Source: a virus. From it: a stretch of 64,000 nt of DNA. Of the stretch, positions 1 through 7,703 are shown piece after piece. The first letter of the stretch is position 1. Each line of letters starts with the position of its first letter. The stretch lies in IMG/VR virus record IMGVR_UViG_3300037518_000459; one strand, written 5' to 3'. A program made the position numbers and the translations under genes. The notes below the pieces were generated by a model. It did no database searches. It was not told the origin of the DNA and saw only the letters and a program-made list of their open reading frames with translations.

Positions 1-80
1 TCCATTCGACACAGGGGAAACCCTGTATCCATTCGACACAGGGGAAACCCTGTGTCCATTCGACACAGGGTTTCTACCTA
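1..80. repeat. Three tandem ~27-bp units (tccattcgacacaggggaaaccctgt), each holding a perfect hairpin ACAGGG-GAAA-CCCTGT; the third copy is degenerate.
   Basis: Direct reading of the sequence. The array may continue beyond the left window edge. Confidence 0.8.
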
Positions 81-99
81 GGAAGAAAGGTAACGATGG

Positions 100-190
100 C
101 CGGCCAGGGCGCCGCGGTCCAGGGCGCCACGGTTCAGGGCGCCGCGGTTCAGGGCGCCACGGTTCAGGGCCCGGCCGTCCAGGGCGCCGC
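100..190. repeat. Six tandem copies of a 15-bp unit, cagggcgccgcggtc / cagggcgccacggtt
   Basis: Direct reading. It translates as QGA(A/T)V repeats in the spurious-looking ORF 96..533. Confidence 0.8.
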
Positions 191-212
191 GGTCTGGGCC
201 TGCGCCCGCATG

Positions 213-256
213 GCCGAAACGGGCCGATCGATGGCCGAAACGGGCCGCATGCGGGG
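213..256. repeat. Two copies of atggccgaaacgggccg, and two nearby copies of catgattgacg at ~343 and ~528
   Basis: Direct reading; probably a non-coding repeat-rich region spanning 1-735. Confidence 0.6.
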
Positions 257-734
257 CCCGCCATGGGGCGATCGCCAGGGGGCGAGGGTCAAGGGGCCAG
301 GGCGCCAGGGCCGCGGCCGTCGGGCGCGGGCGCGCGCGCGTAGGGGCCGCATGATTGACGCGGCCCGCGCGCCCGTTGCGCAATCCGCCCGCCGCGTTGT
401 GCATTCTGCAGACAGAAAAGGGCCACGCGCCAAGCGGCGCGGGCCCGATTCCGCCCGGAGCCTATCCCGGAAAGCTAGGCGCGCCGCGCCAGGGCCGCGC
501 GGTAGGCCACGCGGCGCGCGGCGCGGCCCATGATTGACGGATCCGTCCGCCACGTCCACGGCATCGCGCCCCGGACCGCGCGGAGGACCGCGCGCGGCGC
601 CGCATCCGCCCGGAGCCCGTCCGCAACGCGTTCCCCGAAAGCGGCCGCGGCGCGCGCCCGGGCCCGCTCATAGGAACCAATTTCCCGGCGGGTTGGCGCC
701 CGATCGGCGACGATGCGCGCCCGCGCGGCCGCGT

Positions 735-1490
735 TCATCGGACCGCCGCTTGCGCGGCCGCGTCCAACGCATGCGCCCCGATCGCATCGGCGACGTCCGC
801 CAGGACATCCCGCAGGGAAGCGGCCCGGTCCGCCGGATCGTAGGCCAGGGCGAACAATGCGAGCCACGCGCGGCCGCGCGAATCCGAGCCTCCGCGTTCC
901 CATTCCGCCGGGGCTTCCACGTCTTTATCCCGTCGGATTGCTGCGAGGATCGGGGGCGCCGCGTCCGCATCGATCGAAAACCCGCTGTCAATGCGGACGC
1001 GCCCGTAGGCTTCCACGAAAGCGGAAGGGTACCCTAGGATCCGGGCCCGAGCCTCATCGACGATGAATCCCGCGGCGCGGATCCGCGCGCATGCGGCCCG
1101 TTGATCTTCCGCTTCCCGGTCCAGCTGGCTCCGGGCCGCGAGGACCGCGCGCCACGTTTCCAGGAATCCGGGAAGGAACCGCCGCGCGACGTCGCGCGCG
1201 ATCTTCTCGGCGCCGCGCGCGGGATCGCAGGAAATGCGCGGCGGTTCGGGCGCGTTCCAATCCCGCGCGGTTCCACCGATGCGCCCGCCGCGCCCGGGAA
1301 GGGCCGCGGAAACGTGGACGCGCGCGGGCCGCGTCCCGTATCCCTGCGCCAAGGTAACGTAGAAAGCGGCGCCATCGGCGCGCGCGACGCGCGCGTATCG
1401 GTGCGAATCCTCCGCATCCCGCGCGTCGACCGTCCAGGGACCATCCGGAAGGGCGGGCGCGATCGCGCCCGCCAATTCGTACGCGTTCAA
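735..1490 (-). CDS. Hypothetical protein, ~251 aa, TTG start
   Basis: Protein-like C-terminal 250 aa of ORF 735..1757. The TTG start sits immediately 3' of the GGAGCCTAGA start-associated motif, and the upstream gene's stop lies within that motif. Confidence 0.5.
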   Translation of the reverse strand: MNAYELAGAIAPALPDGPWTVDARDAEDSHRYARVARADGAAFYVTLAQGYGTRPARVHVSAALPGRGGRIGGTARDWNAPEPPRISCDPARGAEKIARDVARRFLPGFLETWRAVLAARSQLDREAEDQRAACARIRAAGFIVDEARARILGYPSAFVEAYGRVRIDSGFSIDADAAPPILAAIRRDKDVEAPAEWERGGSDSRGRAWLALFALAYDPADRAASLRDVLADVADAIGAHALDAAAQAAVR

Positions 1491-1491
1491 T

Positions 1492-1848
1492 CTAGGCTCC
1501 CCTCCGCCCGTATCGGGCCAGTTCCTGGGAAACGCGCGCCCGAGCCGCATCGCGGGCCGCGTTGATGGCTCCGGGGCGCCCCGCGTTGACCGCGGCGCAC
1601 AATCCCGCGTTGTCGGCATGTTCCCGCAGGGCCGCAAGGTACGCGGCGCGGCGGACGCGGCGCGCGGCGGGGTGGAATCGGTAGGGGGCGGACAGGGCGC
1701 GATTGACCGCGCGAACCACGGAACGGACGGACGCGCCGCAATGGACGCGGCCCGCAACGCGTTCCCCGAGCCATCCGGCCGCGTCTTCCGCCCCGGGCGC
1801 GTTGATGCTGTCCAGCTGGAACGCGCGCAACGCGCGGCGCGGCGCCAC
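1492..1848 (-). CDS. Hypothetical protein, ~118 aa, GTG start
   Basis: C-terminal part of ORF 1492..2046. Its GTG overlaps the TAG stop of the upstream small ORF (TAGTG). Confidence 0.4.
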   Translation of the reverse strand: MAPRRALRAFQLDSINAPGAEDAAGWLGERVAGRVHCGASVRSVVRAVNRALSAPYRFHPAARRVRRAAYLAALREHADNAGLCAAVNAGRPGAINAARDAARARVSQELARYGRRGA

Positions 1849-2003
1849 TATCGGGCCCGCCACGCGGCGCGGATGCGGTCCAGGATCGACGGACGGACGG
1901 GCTCCGGATTGGTCAGGATCGGGCGCGCGCACACTTCCGCGAGAATCGCGACGATGGCCAGGGCGAACCAGAAGAGGCAGAAAAGCGGGAGAATCGGAAA
2001 CAT
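1848..2003 (-). CDS. Small membrane peptide, 51 aa (MFPILPLFCLFWFALAIVAILAEV...)
   Basis: Not in the ORF track because it is under 60 aa. ATG follows GGAGCCTATACC (SAS plus SD), with one strongly hydrophobic TM segment. Confidence 0.45.
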   Translation of the reverse strand: MFPILPLFCLFWFALAIVAILAEVCARPILTNPEPVRPSILDRIRAAWRAR

Positions 2004-2046
2004 GGTATAGGCTCCAGTTCAGGGGCGGGCGGTTTGAACTCGGCAC

Positions 2047-2145
2047 CTAACGGGCGCGGTTCCGGATCCGATCGCAGTAGGTCAGGAACGGGATTCCGGC
2101 GGTCAGGGTGAGAAGGGCCGTTGCGGTCAGGATTGCGAGGATCAT
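2047..2145 (-). CDS. Small membrane peptide, 32 aa (MILAILTATALLTLTAGIPFLTYCDRIRNRAR)
   Basis: ATG is preceded by GGAGCCTAGAA (SAS), with a single TM helix; it is the C-terminal M of ORF 2047..2475. Confidence 0.45.
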   Translation of the reverse strand: MILAILTATALLTLTAGIPFLTYCDRIRNRAR

Positions 2146-2180
2146 TTCTAGGCTCCGGTCTGTCAGGGACGCAGGACCAT

Positions 2181-2200
2181 ATAGCAGGGCCCGTGCCAAT
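2181..2200 (-). promoter_or_regulatory. sigma54-type -24/-12 promoter-like element (rc GATTGGCACGGGCCCTGCTATATG), leftward
   Basis: Matches TGGCACG-N4-nTGC with GG-to-GC spacing of 12; it lies upstream of the gene at 2047..2145 and its operon. Confidence 0.5.
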
Positions 2201-2270
2201 CCACGAAACGACAACGGGCGCCAAACCGCGGGCCCGGTCCGCCAATTCTGGCGAATCCGGGCCCTTGCGG

Positions 2271-2310
2271 TTTGCAACGCCGTTGCAAAATGCGGACGCA
2301 TTCCGCAACG
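2271..2310. promoter_or_regulatory. Dyad-symmetric upstream elements: TTGCAACGCCGTTGCAA and TTGCAAAATGCGGACGCATTCCGCAA
   Basis: Inverted repeats ~90-120 bp upstream of the 2181-2200 promoter, in an enhancer or operator-like position. Confidence 0.5.
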
Positions 2311-2314
2311 TCGA

Positions 2315-2668
2315 CTAGACCGGGACAGACTCCCCGGTCTGGGAATCGTAGATTGCCAGCTGGCCCGCCCGTCGTCCCGCTTCCAGGGCCGCGGCGCGAT
2401 CCTCGAAACCGCGCGAAACGTCCAGGAAATAGCGCCCGGACGCGGGATCCTTCCATCCGCCGAAGTACGCGCCATCGCGCGAAAGGGCGGGCCAGCGGGT
2501 CCGGATGAACTCGGAGAGTTCCGCTTCCGTGGGCTCCCGGTCGAACTCGGCGCCGCCCGCGTCCGATGCCAGAAACCGCGCGGGCGGGGTTTGGTAGTTC
2601 AGGGCCAGGGTAAAACCGCCATCCGCCCAAAGATCGGACGATGCGGGAATAACAACGTGCGCGCGCAA
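2315..2668 (-). CDS. Hypothetical protein, 117 aa, TTG start
   Basis: Protein-like C-terminus of ORF 2315..2875. The TTG start sits after the CCCCTAGACTGGAGCCTACC SAS, and the upstream ATG-initiated stretch has low GC3. Confidence 0.5.
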   Translation of the reverse strand: MRAHVVIPASSDLWADGGFTLALNYQTPPARFLASDAGGAEFDREPTEAELSEFIRTRWPALSRDGAYFGGWKDPASGRYFLDVSRGFEDRAAALEAGRRAGQLAIYDSQTGESVPV

Positions 2669-2741
2669 GGTAGGCTCCAGTCTAGGGGCGAAGCAAGCAA
2701 GGGCGATTGTAGCACGTTCCGGGCCCGTCAGGGAAAGCAAA

Positions 2742-2903
2742 CTATAGCCTAATCTCCTTTCCATCCGTCGAATCGGTCGGGCCTTTTGCGCGCAACCTAG
2801 CGCGCAATTTGCGAAGATCCCGGGACCATCGGGCCGCAAGGGAAAGGAGCCCGACCAGGACAAGGGCCATTGCAAACGCTAGCAGGATCAAGAATCCTTT
2901 CAT
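2742..2903 (-). CDS. Small membrane protein, 53 aa (MKGFLILLAFAMALVLVGLL...)
   Basis: Internal M of ORF 2742..2996, with a TM helix followed by a basic tail; ATGA overlap with the upstream gene. Confidence 0.5.
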   Translation of the reverse strand: MKGFLILLAFAMALVLVGLLSLAARWSRDLRKLRARLRAKGPTDSTDGKEIRL

Positions 2904-3064
2904 TCCAGGGCCCCGCTTTCCAGCAACGCGGCCGCTTGCCGACCGTACCGCCCGGGAAGGGACCAAACGATCCCGGACCGTATGAGTTCGCGCCACGCGT
3001 CCAGGACGTCCGCCGCGTCCGCTTCCGGATCTTCCACCAATTCGAGCGCTTCGATTGGTCCCAT
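2900..3064 (-). CDS. Hypothetical acidic protein, 54 aa
   Basis: Internal M of ORF 2900..3121 (MGPIEALELVEDPEA...), coupled by ATGA to the downstream gene. Confidence 0.4.
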   Translation of the reverse strand: MGPIEALELVEDPEADAADVLDAWRELIRSGIVWSLPGRYGRQAAALLESGALE

Positions 3065-3081
3065 TGCCAACCTACCCTTTC

Positions 3082-3792
3082 CTAGAAACGGTCCGCCGCG
3101 TTGTCGCGCCACCAAACCCATGTAAGGGCTTGGACGCGCGCGGCGGTCAAGCTAGGGGCCAGTTCCGGGAACGCGGCGCGAAGGGCCGCGGCCGCGTCAA
3201 CGTACGCGCGGGCCGCTTCGCGGTATCGTTTGTCGGTCAGTTTCAGGGCGGGCCCGCCCCCTGCGATCGCCCACGCGTGGCGGTCAATGCAAACCGCATC
3301 CGTTGCGCCCGCGGAAACGATCGACCGATAGAACGCGCGGACTTTCGGGCCCCCTAGCACGTCCAGGGGCGGCGCCCCGTCCAGGATCCGGGCCGCTTTC
3401 GCGCGGTTCCGACCGTATCCCGGTCCGGGAAGGATCGGGGCGCCTTGCTTCCACGCGTCCAGGATCGCGGGCGCCCATGCGGTTTGAACGTCCCAGGATA
3501 CTTGAGGGGAAAGGGCCGCAAGCGCCCCGGCCGTCGATTCGACGGACAGCCCGTAAGGGCGCCCGATCCCTGCGCAGAATCGGCGCGCGTTTTCGTACCA
3601 ATCCAGCCCGTCCCGGGCGCGGGCCGCGTCGTCCAGGGCGCGGCGCGCTACCAGTTCCACGCGCGCCGCGGCGGTTCGCGGTTCCAGGAACGGCGGGCGC
3701 GCCCGCGCGGGCGGTTCCGGATCGGCGGGCGCCGCGGGCCCGTTCGCCCAATCGGCGAGCCACCACTCATCAAGCGGGCGGTCAGGATTCAA
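3082..3792 (-). CDS. Hypothetical protein, 236 aa, TTG start
   Basis: ORF-track protein with ordinary composition. Its start is immediately after the CCCCCTGACCGGAGCCTAGCG SAS. Confidence 0.6.
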   Translation of the reverse strand: MNPDRPLDEWWLADWANGPAAPADPEPPARARPPFLEPRTAAARVELVARRALDDAARARDGLDWYENARRFCAGIGRPYGLSVESTAGALAALSPQVSWDVQTAWAPAILDAWKQGAPILPGPGYGRNRAKAARILDGAPPLDVLGGPKVRAFYRSIVSAGATDAVCIDRHAWAIAGGGPALKLTDKRYREAARAYVDAAAALRAAFPELAPSLTAARVQALTWVWWRDNAADRF

Positions 3793-3833
3793 CGCTAGGC
3801 TCCGGTCAGGGGGCGGGTTTCCGCCCCGGAGCG

Positions 3834-3869
3834 TAGCACGGGCCGTGCCAATCCAATAAATGCCAATCC
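3834..3869 (-). promoter_or_regulatory. sigma54-type -24/-12 promoter-like element (rc GATTGGCATTTATTGGATTGGCACGGCCCGTGCTACGCT), leftward
   Basis: TGGCACG-N4-GTGC with correct spacing, a duplicated GATTGGCA, directly upstream of the SAS of gene 3082..3792. Confidence 0.5.
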
Positions 3870-3899
3870 TGCGGAATCCTGCGGGATTCCTACCAGTTC

Positions 3900-4050
3900 A
3901 AGCAAGCGGCGCGCGTTGCAATTGGCAAACTGCGAATCGCAGAATGCGACCCGTCATTCTGCACGTGTCGGCGCGACACGGTGACCAGTTCCTGGCCGGT
4001 CGTGCATTTTGCACGTTTTGCAGATTTTGACAATCCTGCAAGCCAGCTGC
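3900..4050. promoter_or_regulatory. Cluster of dyad elements: TGCGAATCGCA, CAGAATGCGACCCGTCATTCTG, GTGTCGGCGCGACAC, GTGCATTTTGCAC, TTGCAG-N12-CTGCAA
   Basis: Several perfect inverted repeats 50-200 bp upstream of the 3834 promoter; the GCATTTTGC core recurs at three other sites. Confidence 0.5.
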
Positions 4051-4060
4051 CCGCGAGCGC

Positions 4061-4146
4061 GCGAGCTGCGAAACGCGAGCTGCACTTTTGCGAGCTGCAC
4101 TTTCCGAGCTGCACTTTCCGAGCTGCACTTTAGCAGCTGCACTTTC
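4061..4146. repeat. Six tandem ~14-bp iteron-like repeats (C)GAGCTGCACTTTn(n)
   Basis: Direct reading of the non-coding 383-bp gap 3793-4175. Confidence 0.8.
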
Positions 4147-4149
4147 TGC

Positions 4150-4178
4150 GCACCCCCTCTTTAGGCACCCCCTCTTTA
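4150..4178. repeat. Two copies of GCACCCCCTCTTTA overlapping the stop of gene 4176..5531
   Basis: Direct reading. Confidence 0.7.
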
Positions 4179-5531
4179 CGGCGTCCCCTTGAGGCACAGA
4201 ACGTGGACCACGGCCTCGTTGCCGTACGCCTTGGTCTGCAGCACGAACAGGCGCTCGCCGGCCGCGTCCCACGTCATGCCATTGAAGTAGCGCCGGCGGC
4301 AGACCGGGTCGAAGCCGTCGAGCGGCGACTGCCACAGCCAGTCCGGCATGATGGCTTGGACGGGCTGCACCTCCCACGGCTGGCGGATCCCCATCGCGAC
4401 TTCGCCCAGCTGGTCCGGGTCGTAGAAGTAGAGCATCGGCGTGTACGGCTCCGAGTGCCAGCCGCGGAACGCGTCGCAGCCGATCCCGTCGTCGTAGTGG
4501 TTGGGCCCGAGCCCCTTGGTCCACCCGAAGATCAGCACGCTCAGACCGTTCCGGTCGTAGGGCCACGCCATATTCCACCACCAGTCGCCCTCGGCGTTCT
4601 TGTAGCCCTCGGACCAGCCGAGGGCCCCCGTGCCAGGATAGCCGAGGATCATGCGCGCGCCGAAGTCCGAGCCCGGCGCCGCACTCAGGTCAGGCTTGAA
4701 GACCTGGAGCGTGGGGCCGAAGAGCCCTTCGAACGCGCCGGCGATCCGCTGGCGCGCGCACCCGATGACCGCGTCGGGGTCGTACTTGCCGGCCCACGCC
4801 GGCGGCACGCGCAGCAAGCGCTGGTGCGTCTTGTTCGCGTGGTGCGCGTTCTTCGTGGGGACGTTCACGCCCGCGGGGCCCGCGCGCCACGGCCCGTCCT
4901 TCCGCTGCGTGTCGAGCGACGCGTCGGTCGCAGTGAGCCCCTCGTTATCCCGCGCGACCACGTTGTAGAACTCCCAGTACGCGATCAGGAGGTCCAACCC
5001 CAGGGTCGCCATGCCCCCGAACGTCTTCGCCGGATCGCACAGGGGCGCCGTCAGCTGCGACTCCTGGAACCGCGGGCCAACCGCCTGGGACACGAGGCAC
5101 TTGGTCGGTTGGTTCTTCACCGCACTAAGGGGCAGCCCGGGGTCCGCGGGCACGGTGATCTCGGTGATGCCGCCCAGGGAGCGGATCAGCAGGCGCCCGT
5201 TCGCCTCGTCGTAGTCGAGGTCGCTGTTGTCGAACTGGCGCTGCCCAGTGCCGAAGATCGCGAGCGACGGAAGGCGGAACGTGTGGCGCCACTGGAAGTC
5301 CGAGTACGACAGGCGCCCCGCGCCGGGCGCGTCGGGGATGTTGGCCCAGACGGGGTTCACCGAGAGCACCGCGACCCAATCGCTCCAGATGCCGGCGACG
5401 ACCCAGGCGACGGACCACCAGTGCTCGTCGTACAGGCCGGGGTTCGCGAAGACGTGCTCCAGGTCGCTCCACTTGCCGGCGCCACTCACGGCTTCGGCGA
5501 CCCGGGCTAGGGACAGGGTAGTATTGGACAA
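4176..5531 (-). CDS. Hypothetical protein, 451 aa, Trp/Tyr-rich, possibly an enzyme
   Basis: Long ORF with protein-like composition; no motif recognised. Confidence 0.6.
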   Translation of the reverse strand: MSNTTLSLARVAEAVSGAGKWSDLEHVFANPGLYDEHWWSVAWVVAGIWSDWVAVLSVNPVWANIPDAPGAGRLSYSDFQWRHTFRLPSLAIFGTGQRQFDNSDLDYDEANGRLLIRSLGGITEITVPADPGLPLSAVKNQPTKCLVSQAVGPRFQESQLTAPLCDPAKTFGGMATLGLDLLIAYWEFYNVVARDNEGLTATDASLDTQRKDGPWRAGPAGVNVPTKNAHHANKTHQRLLRVPPAWAGKYDPDAVIGCARQRIAGAFEGLFGPTLQVFKPDLSAAPGSDFGARMILGYPGTGALGWSEGYKNAEGDWWWNMAWPYDRNGLSVLIFGWTKGLGPNHYDDGIGCDAFRGWHSEPYTPMLYFYDPDQLGEVAMGIRQPWEVQPVQAIMPDWLWQSPLDGFDPVCRRRYFNGMTWDAAGERLFVLQTKAYGNEAVVHVLCLKGTP

Positions 5532-5798
5532 CGGGGGCCTCCTTGAGAAACGGGGCCCCCAGTATAGCAGAAGACCGGCCCCCTCGCGGGAGCCGGCCCG
5601 GTCATTCCGGCCGGTCGTCGAGTACCTCGAACTCCCGCCCGCGGAAGATCAGAACCTCCTCTCCCGCGTCACCCATGACCCAGCAACCAGCGTGTCGAGA
5701 GTTCGGGTTGCTCTCCCACCTCAAGGCTGGGAGCACGCGACCGGCCCGAAGCCCGTGCTCGGATCCAACAGGTACGTCTCTCGTCAGCTGGATGCGCA

Positions 5799-6443
5799 CT
5801 ACAGCACCGGCTTGAAGCCCTGGATCTTGCCGCGATTGAAGACGGGCTTCAACCAGGGCCAGACGGCGAGCCGGTCGCGACCGGTGACGGAGGCGCCGCG
5901 CTGGCACACCCGGAACATGCGAGTCGTTCCGCGGGTCAACCCGTACTCGGGCCGGGCCACCGGGTTGTGCACGAGCACATAGAACGCGGCCTTCTCATCG
6001 ACCCGCCGGCCGGCCTCCGGCTCCACCATGTCGCTGACCCAGACCTCGTCGCCGTCGTGGATGACACCGATCGCGGCCTTGAGGTGCTCGTCGCCCTCGC
6101 CCAGCTTGTCGAACTTGTACTCGAAGAACCCCTTGAACTTCGGTTCCTGCTCCACGTTGATCTCCTCCTTCTCCTGAAGTGGCTGGTCGTTGACGTACAC
6201 GATGCTCTTGCCGTCTTGACCGGTGATGGTGATGTTGAAGTAGTTCGGACCGTCCACCTGGGAGGCGGCCGCCTTGACCGCCTTCGTGAGGACGCGCTCC
6301 ACGTGGCCCTGGGACGTGAAGCCCAGCGCCCTCCTCATGTCCGGGGATTTCGCGATCTCCGCAGCGATGCGATTGATCTCGGCGGGGTTGGCGTCGTCGA
6401 AGAATGGCCCGCCCACCGAAACGGTAGTGTGGATGGACTTCAT
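5799..6443 (-). CDS. Hypothetical protein, 214 aa
   Basis: Internal ATG of ORF 5799..6500 preceded by GGGGAG; the upstream leader is AT-rich. Confidence 0.55.
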   Translation of the reverse strand: MKSIHTTVSVGGPFFDDANPAEINRIAAEIAKSPDMRRALGFTSQGHVERVLTKAVKAAASQVDGPNYFNITITGQDGKSIVYVNDQPLQEKEEINVEQEPKFKGFFEYKFDKLGEGDEHLKAAIGVIHDGDEVWVSDMVEPEAGRRVDEKAAFYVLVHNPVARPEYGLTRGTTRMFRVCQRGASVTGRDRLAVWPWLKPVFNRGKIQGFKPVL

Positions 6444-6501
6444 CTCCCCTCGGCCAAGAGGATAATAAGGCTCAGCGAGAAAATACCTGTCGCCGTCCAC
6501 G

Positions 6502-6939
6502 TCACTCCCCCGCTTTCACGCGAATGAACCGCCCCGCGGCCCACTCCATGATCTTCGCGGCGGCGCCCGTGTGGTCCTCGCCGTCGAACCAAGGGAGGTC
6601 CTGGATGGACGCGGTCCACCACTCGTCGTCGTCGTCCTTCTCGACAGTCAGGCCCGGTCCGGCGAGCCGGCCACCCCTGGACGGAGCCTCGGTCCAGGCT
6701 TCCACCCTGAACGGCCCGTTGCTGATCAGGGCGTCGATCACCGCGTCGGACCCGCTGCGACCCCGCTCCAGGGTCTCGCGCAGCGCCATGCGGATGGCCG
6801 GAAGCAGCTCAACCAGTTCCTTGTACTGCTGGTCCTGCTGCTGCTCGTACTGCTGCACGTACGACCGACACCAGTCACTCACGAGGTCGAGCGTCCCCAT
6901 CACCGGCGCCTGCTGAACCTTCTTCTTGAAGATGTTCAT
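6502..6939 (-). CDS. Hypothetical protein, 145 aa
   Basis: Internal ATG (MNIFKKK) of ORF 6502..7056 with SD GGGAGG; ATGA overlap with the upstream gene. Confidence 0.5.
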   Translation of the reverse strand: MNIFKKKVQQAPVMGTLDLVSDWCRSYVQQYEQQQDQQYKELVELLPAIRMALRETLERGRSGSDAVIDALISNGPFRVEAWTEAPSRGGRLAGPGLTVEKDDDDEWWTASIQDLPWFDGEDHTGAAAKIMEWAAGRFIRVKAGE

Positions 6940-7703
6940 GCGGAACCTCCCTTGTTGACTCGCGCCAGAATCTCGTCGAAGGAGGCTGGCGCGTAGTCCC
7001 ACCCCTCGACGCTCATGTCTACCGTCGGTATCGGGGAGTGCCGTCCCCACGTCCACGGGCCGCCGACCACCGCGCCGTTCTTACAATGCGAGTGGCCGTG
7101 CAGGAGCAGGCGGGCCGACCCGCTCTGATCTACGTCCAGGAGCCTGCTGGCGTGCTTCTTCGCCGCGGCCGATCCGCCCCACGACCGCGGCCCGTAGTGG
7201 TAGAGCAGGACCCATCGCTCGCCGATCCCGACGAGCCGCGCATGCGGCGCCTCCCCGAACACCTCGCGTACCGCCGCGGTCAGCGGCTTCTCGCCGCTCC
7301 CCCTCGCGGCCTTCTGCTCCTGGTCGTGGTTCCCGCGCACGAGCAGGATCTCGCCGTTGAGCCGCGCGCGGATCCGCGCGACCTCGTCGACGCCGAGGTG
7401 CCACCACGCGAAGTCGCCGAGGTGGTACACGGTATCGCCCGGCGCGACGCGCTCGTTCCACCGCGTGACTAGCTCATCTTCCATCACCGCGACGTCGGGG
7501 ACCTTGTAGTAGTGCGTCTCCTGAAGTCCGCCCAGCTCGCCGAGCTTCTTCTTCGGGCTGACGCGGCTGTGAACACGCGCCACTTTCGCGAGGTGGTGCC
7601 CCGGCTCCAGCTCCTCCGGTAGCGCCGGCCGCCACCACGGCCGCCCGCAGTAGCCGACGATCCGCCCGTGTCCGAAGTGGTGGTCCGACGTGAACCAAAT
7701 CAT
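6936..7703 (-). CDS. Calcineurin-like metallophosphoesterase, 255 aa
   Basis: Motifs SDHHFGH, YHLGDF, VRGNHD and HGHSH match the phosphoesterase/SbcD-like signature; SD GGGAGG. Confidence 0.8.
   Translation of the reverse strand: MIWFTSDHHFGHGRIVGYCGRPWWRPALPEELEPGHHLAKVARVHSRVSPKKKLGELGGLQETHYYKVPDVAVMEDELVTRWNERVAPGDTVYHLGDFAWWHLGVDEVARIRARLNGEILLVRGNHDQEQKAARGSGEKPLTAAVREVFGEAPHARLVGIGERWVLLYHYGPRSWGGSAAAKKHASRLLDVDQSGSARLLLHGHSHCKNGAVVGGPWTWGRHSPIPTVDMSVEGWDYAPASFDEILARVNKGGSA

Noticed and set aside
1-80. Possible CRISPR array from the 27-bp direct repeats
   Set aside because: The repeats are directly adjacent with no spacers and there are only three copies.
96-533. Plus-strand ORF with an SD-like AGGAAGAAAGG and ATG, encoding QGA(A/T)V pentapeptide-like repeats
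   Set aside because: The translation follows the 15-bp tandem DNA repeats and then degenerates into an Arg-rich, low-complexity sequence with rare codons, so it is more likely non-coding repeat DNA.
3890-4581. Minus-strand ORFs 3898..4581 and 3890..4114 spanning the intergenic hub
   Set aside because: They are translations of tandem repeats and palindromes (Arg/Ala-rich), antisense to the real 451-aa gene, and have no SD.
5610-5684. 24-aa minus-strand ORF MGDAGEEVLIFRGREFEVLDDRPE
   Set aside because: No ribosome-binding site and it sits in a hairpin-rich spacer.
5690-5730. tRNA-like T-arm resemblance (GAGAG-TTCGGGTTG-CTCTC)
   Set aside because: The loop length is non-canonical and no full cloverleaf could be assembled by eye. 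tRNAscan-SE would be needed.
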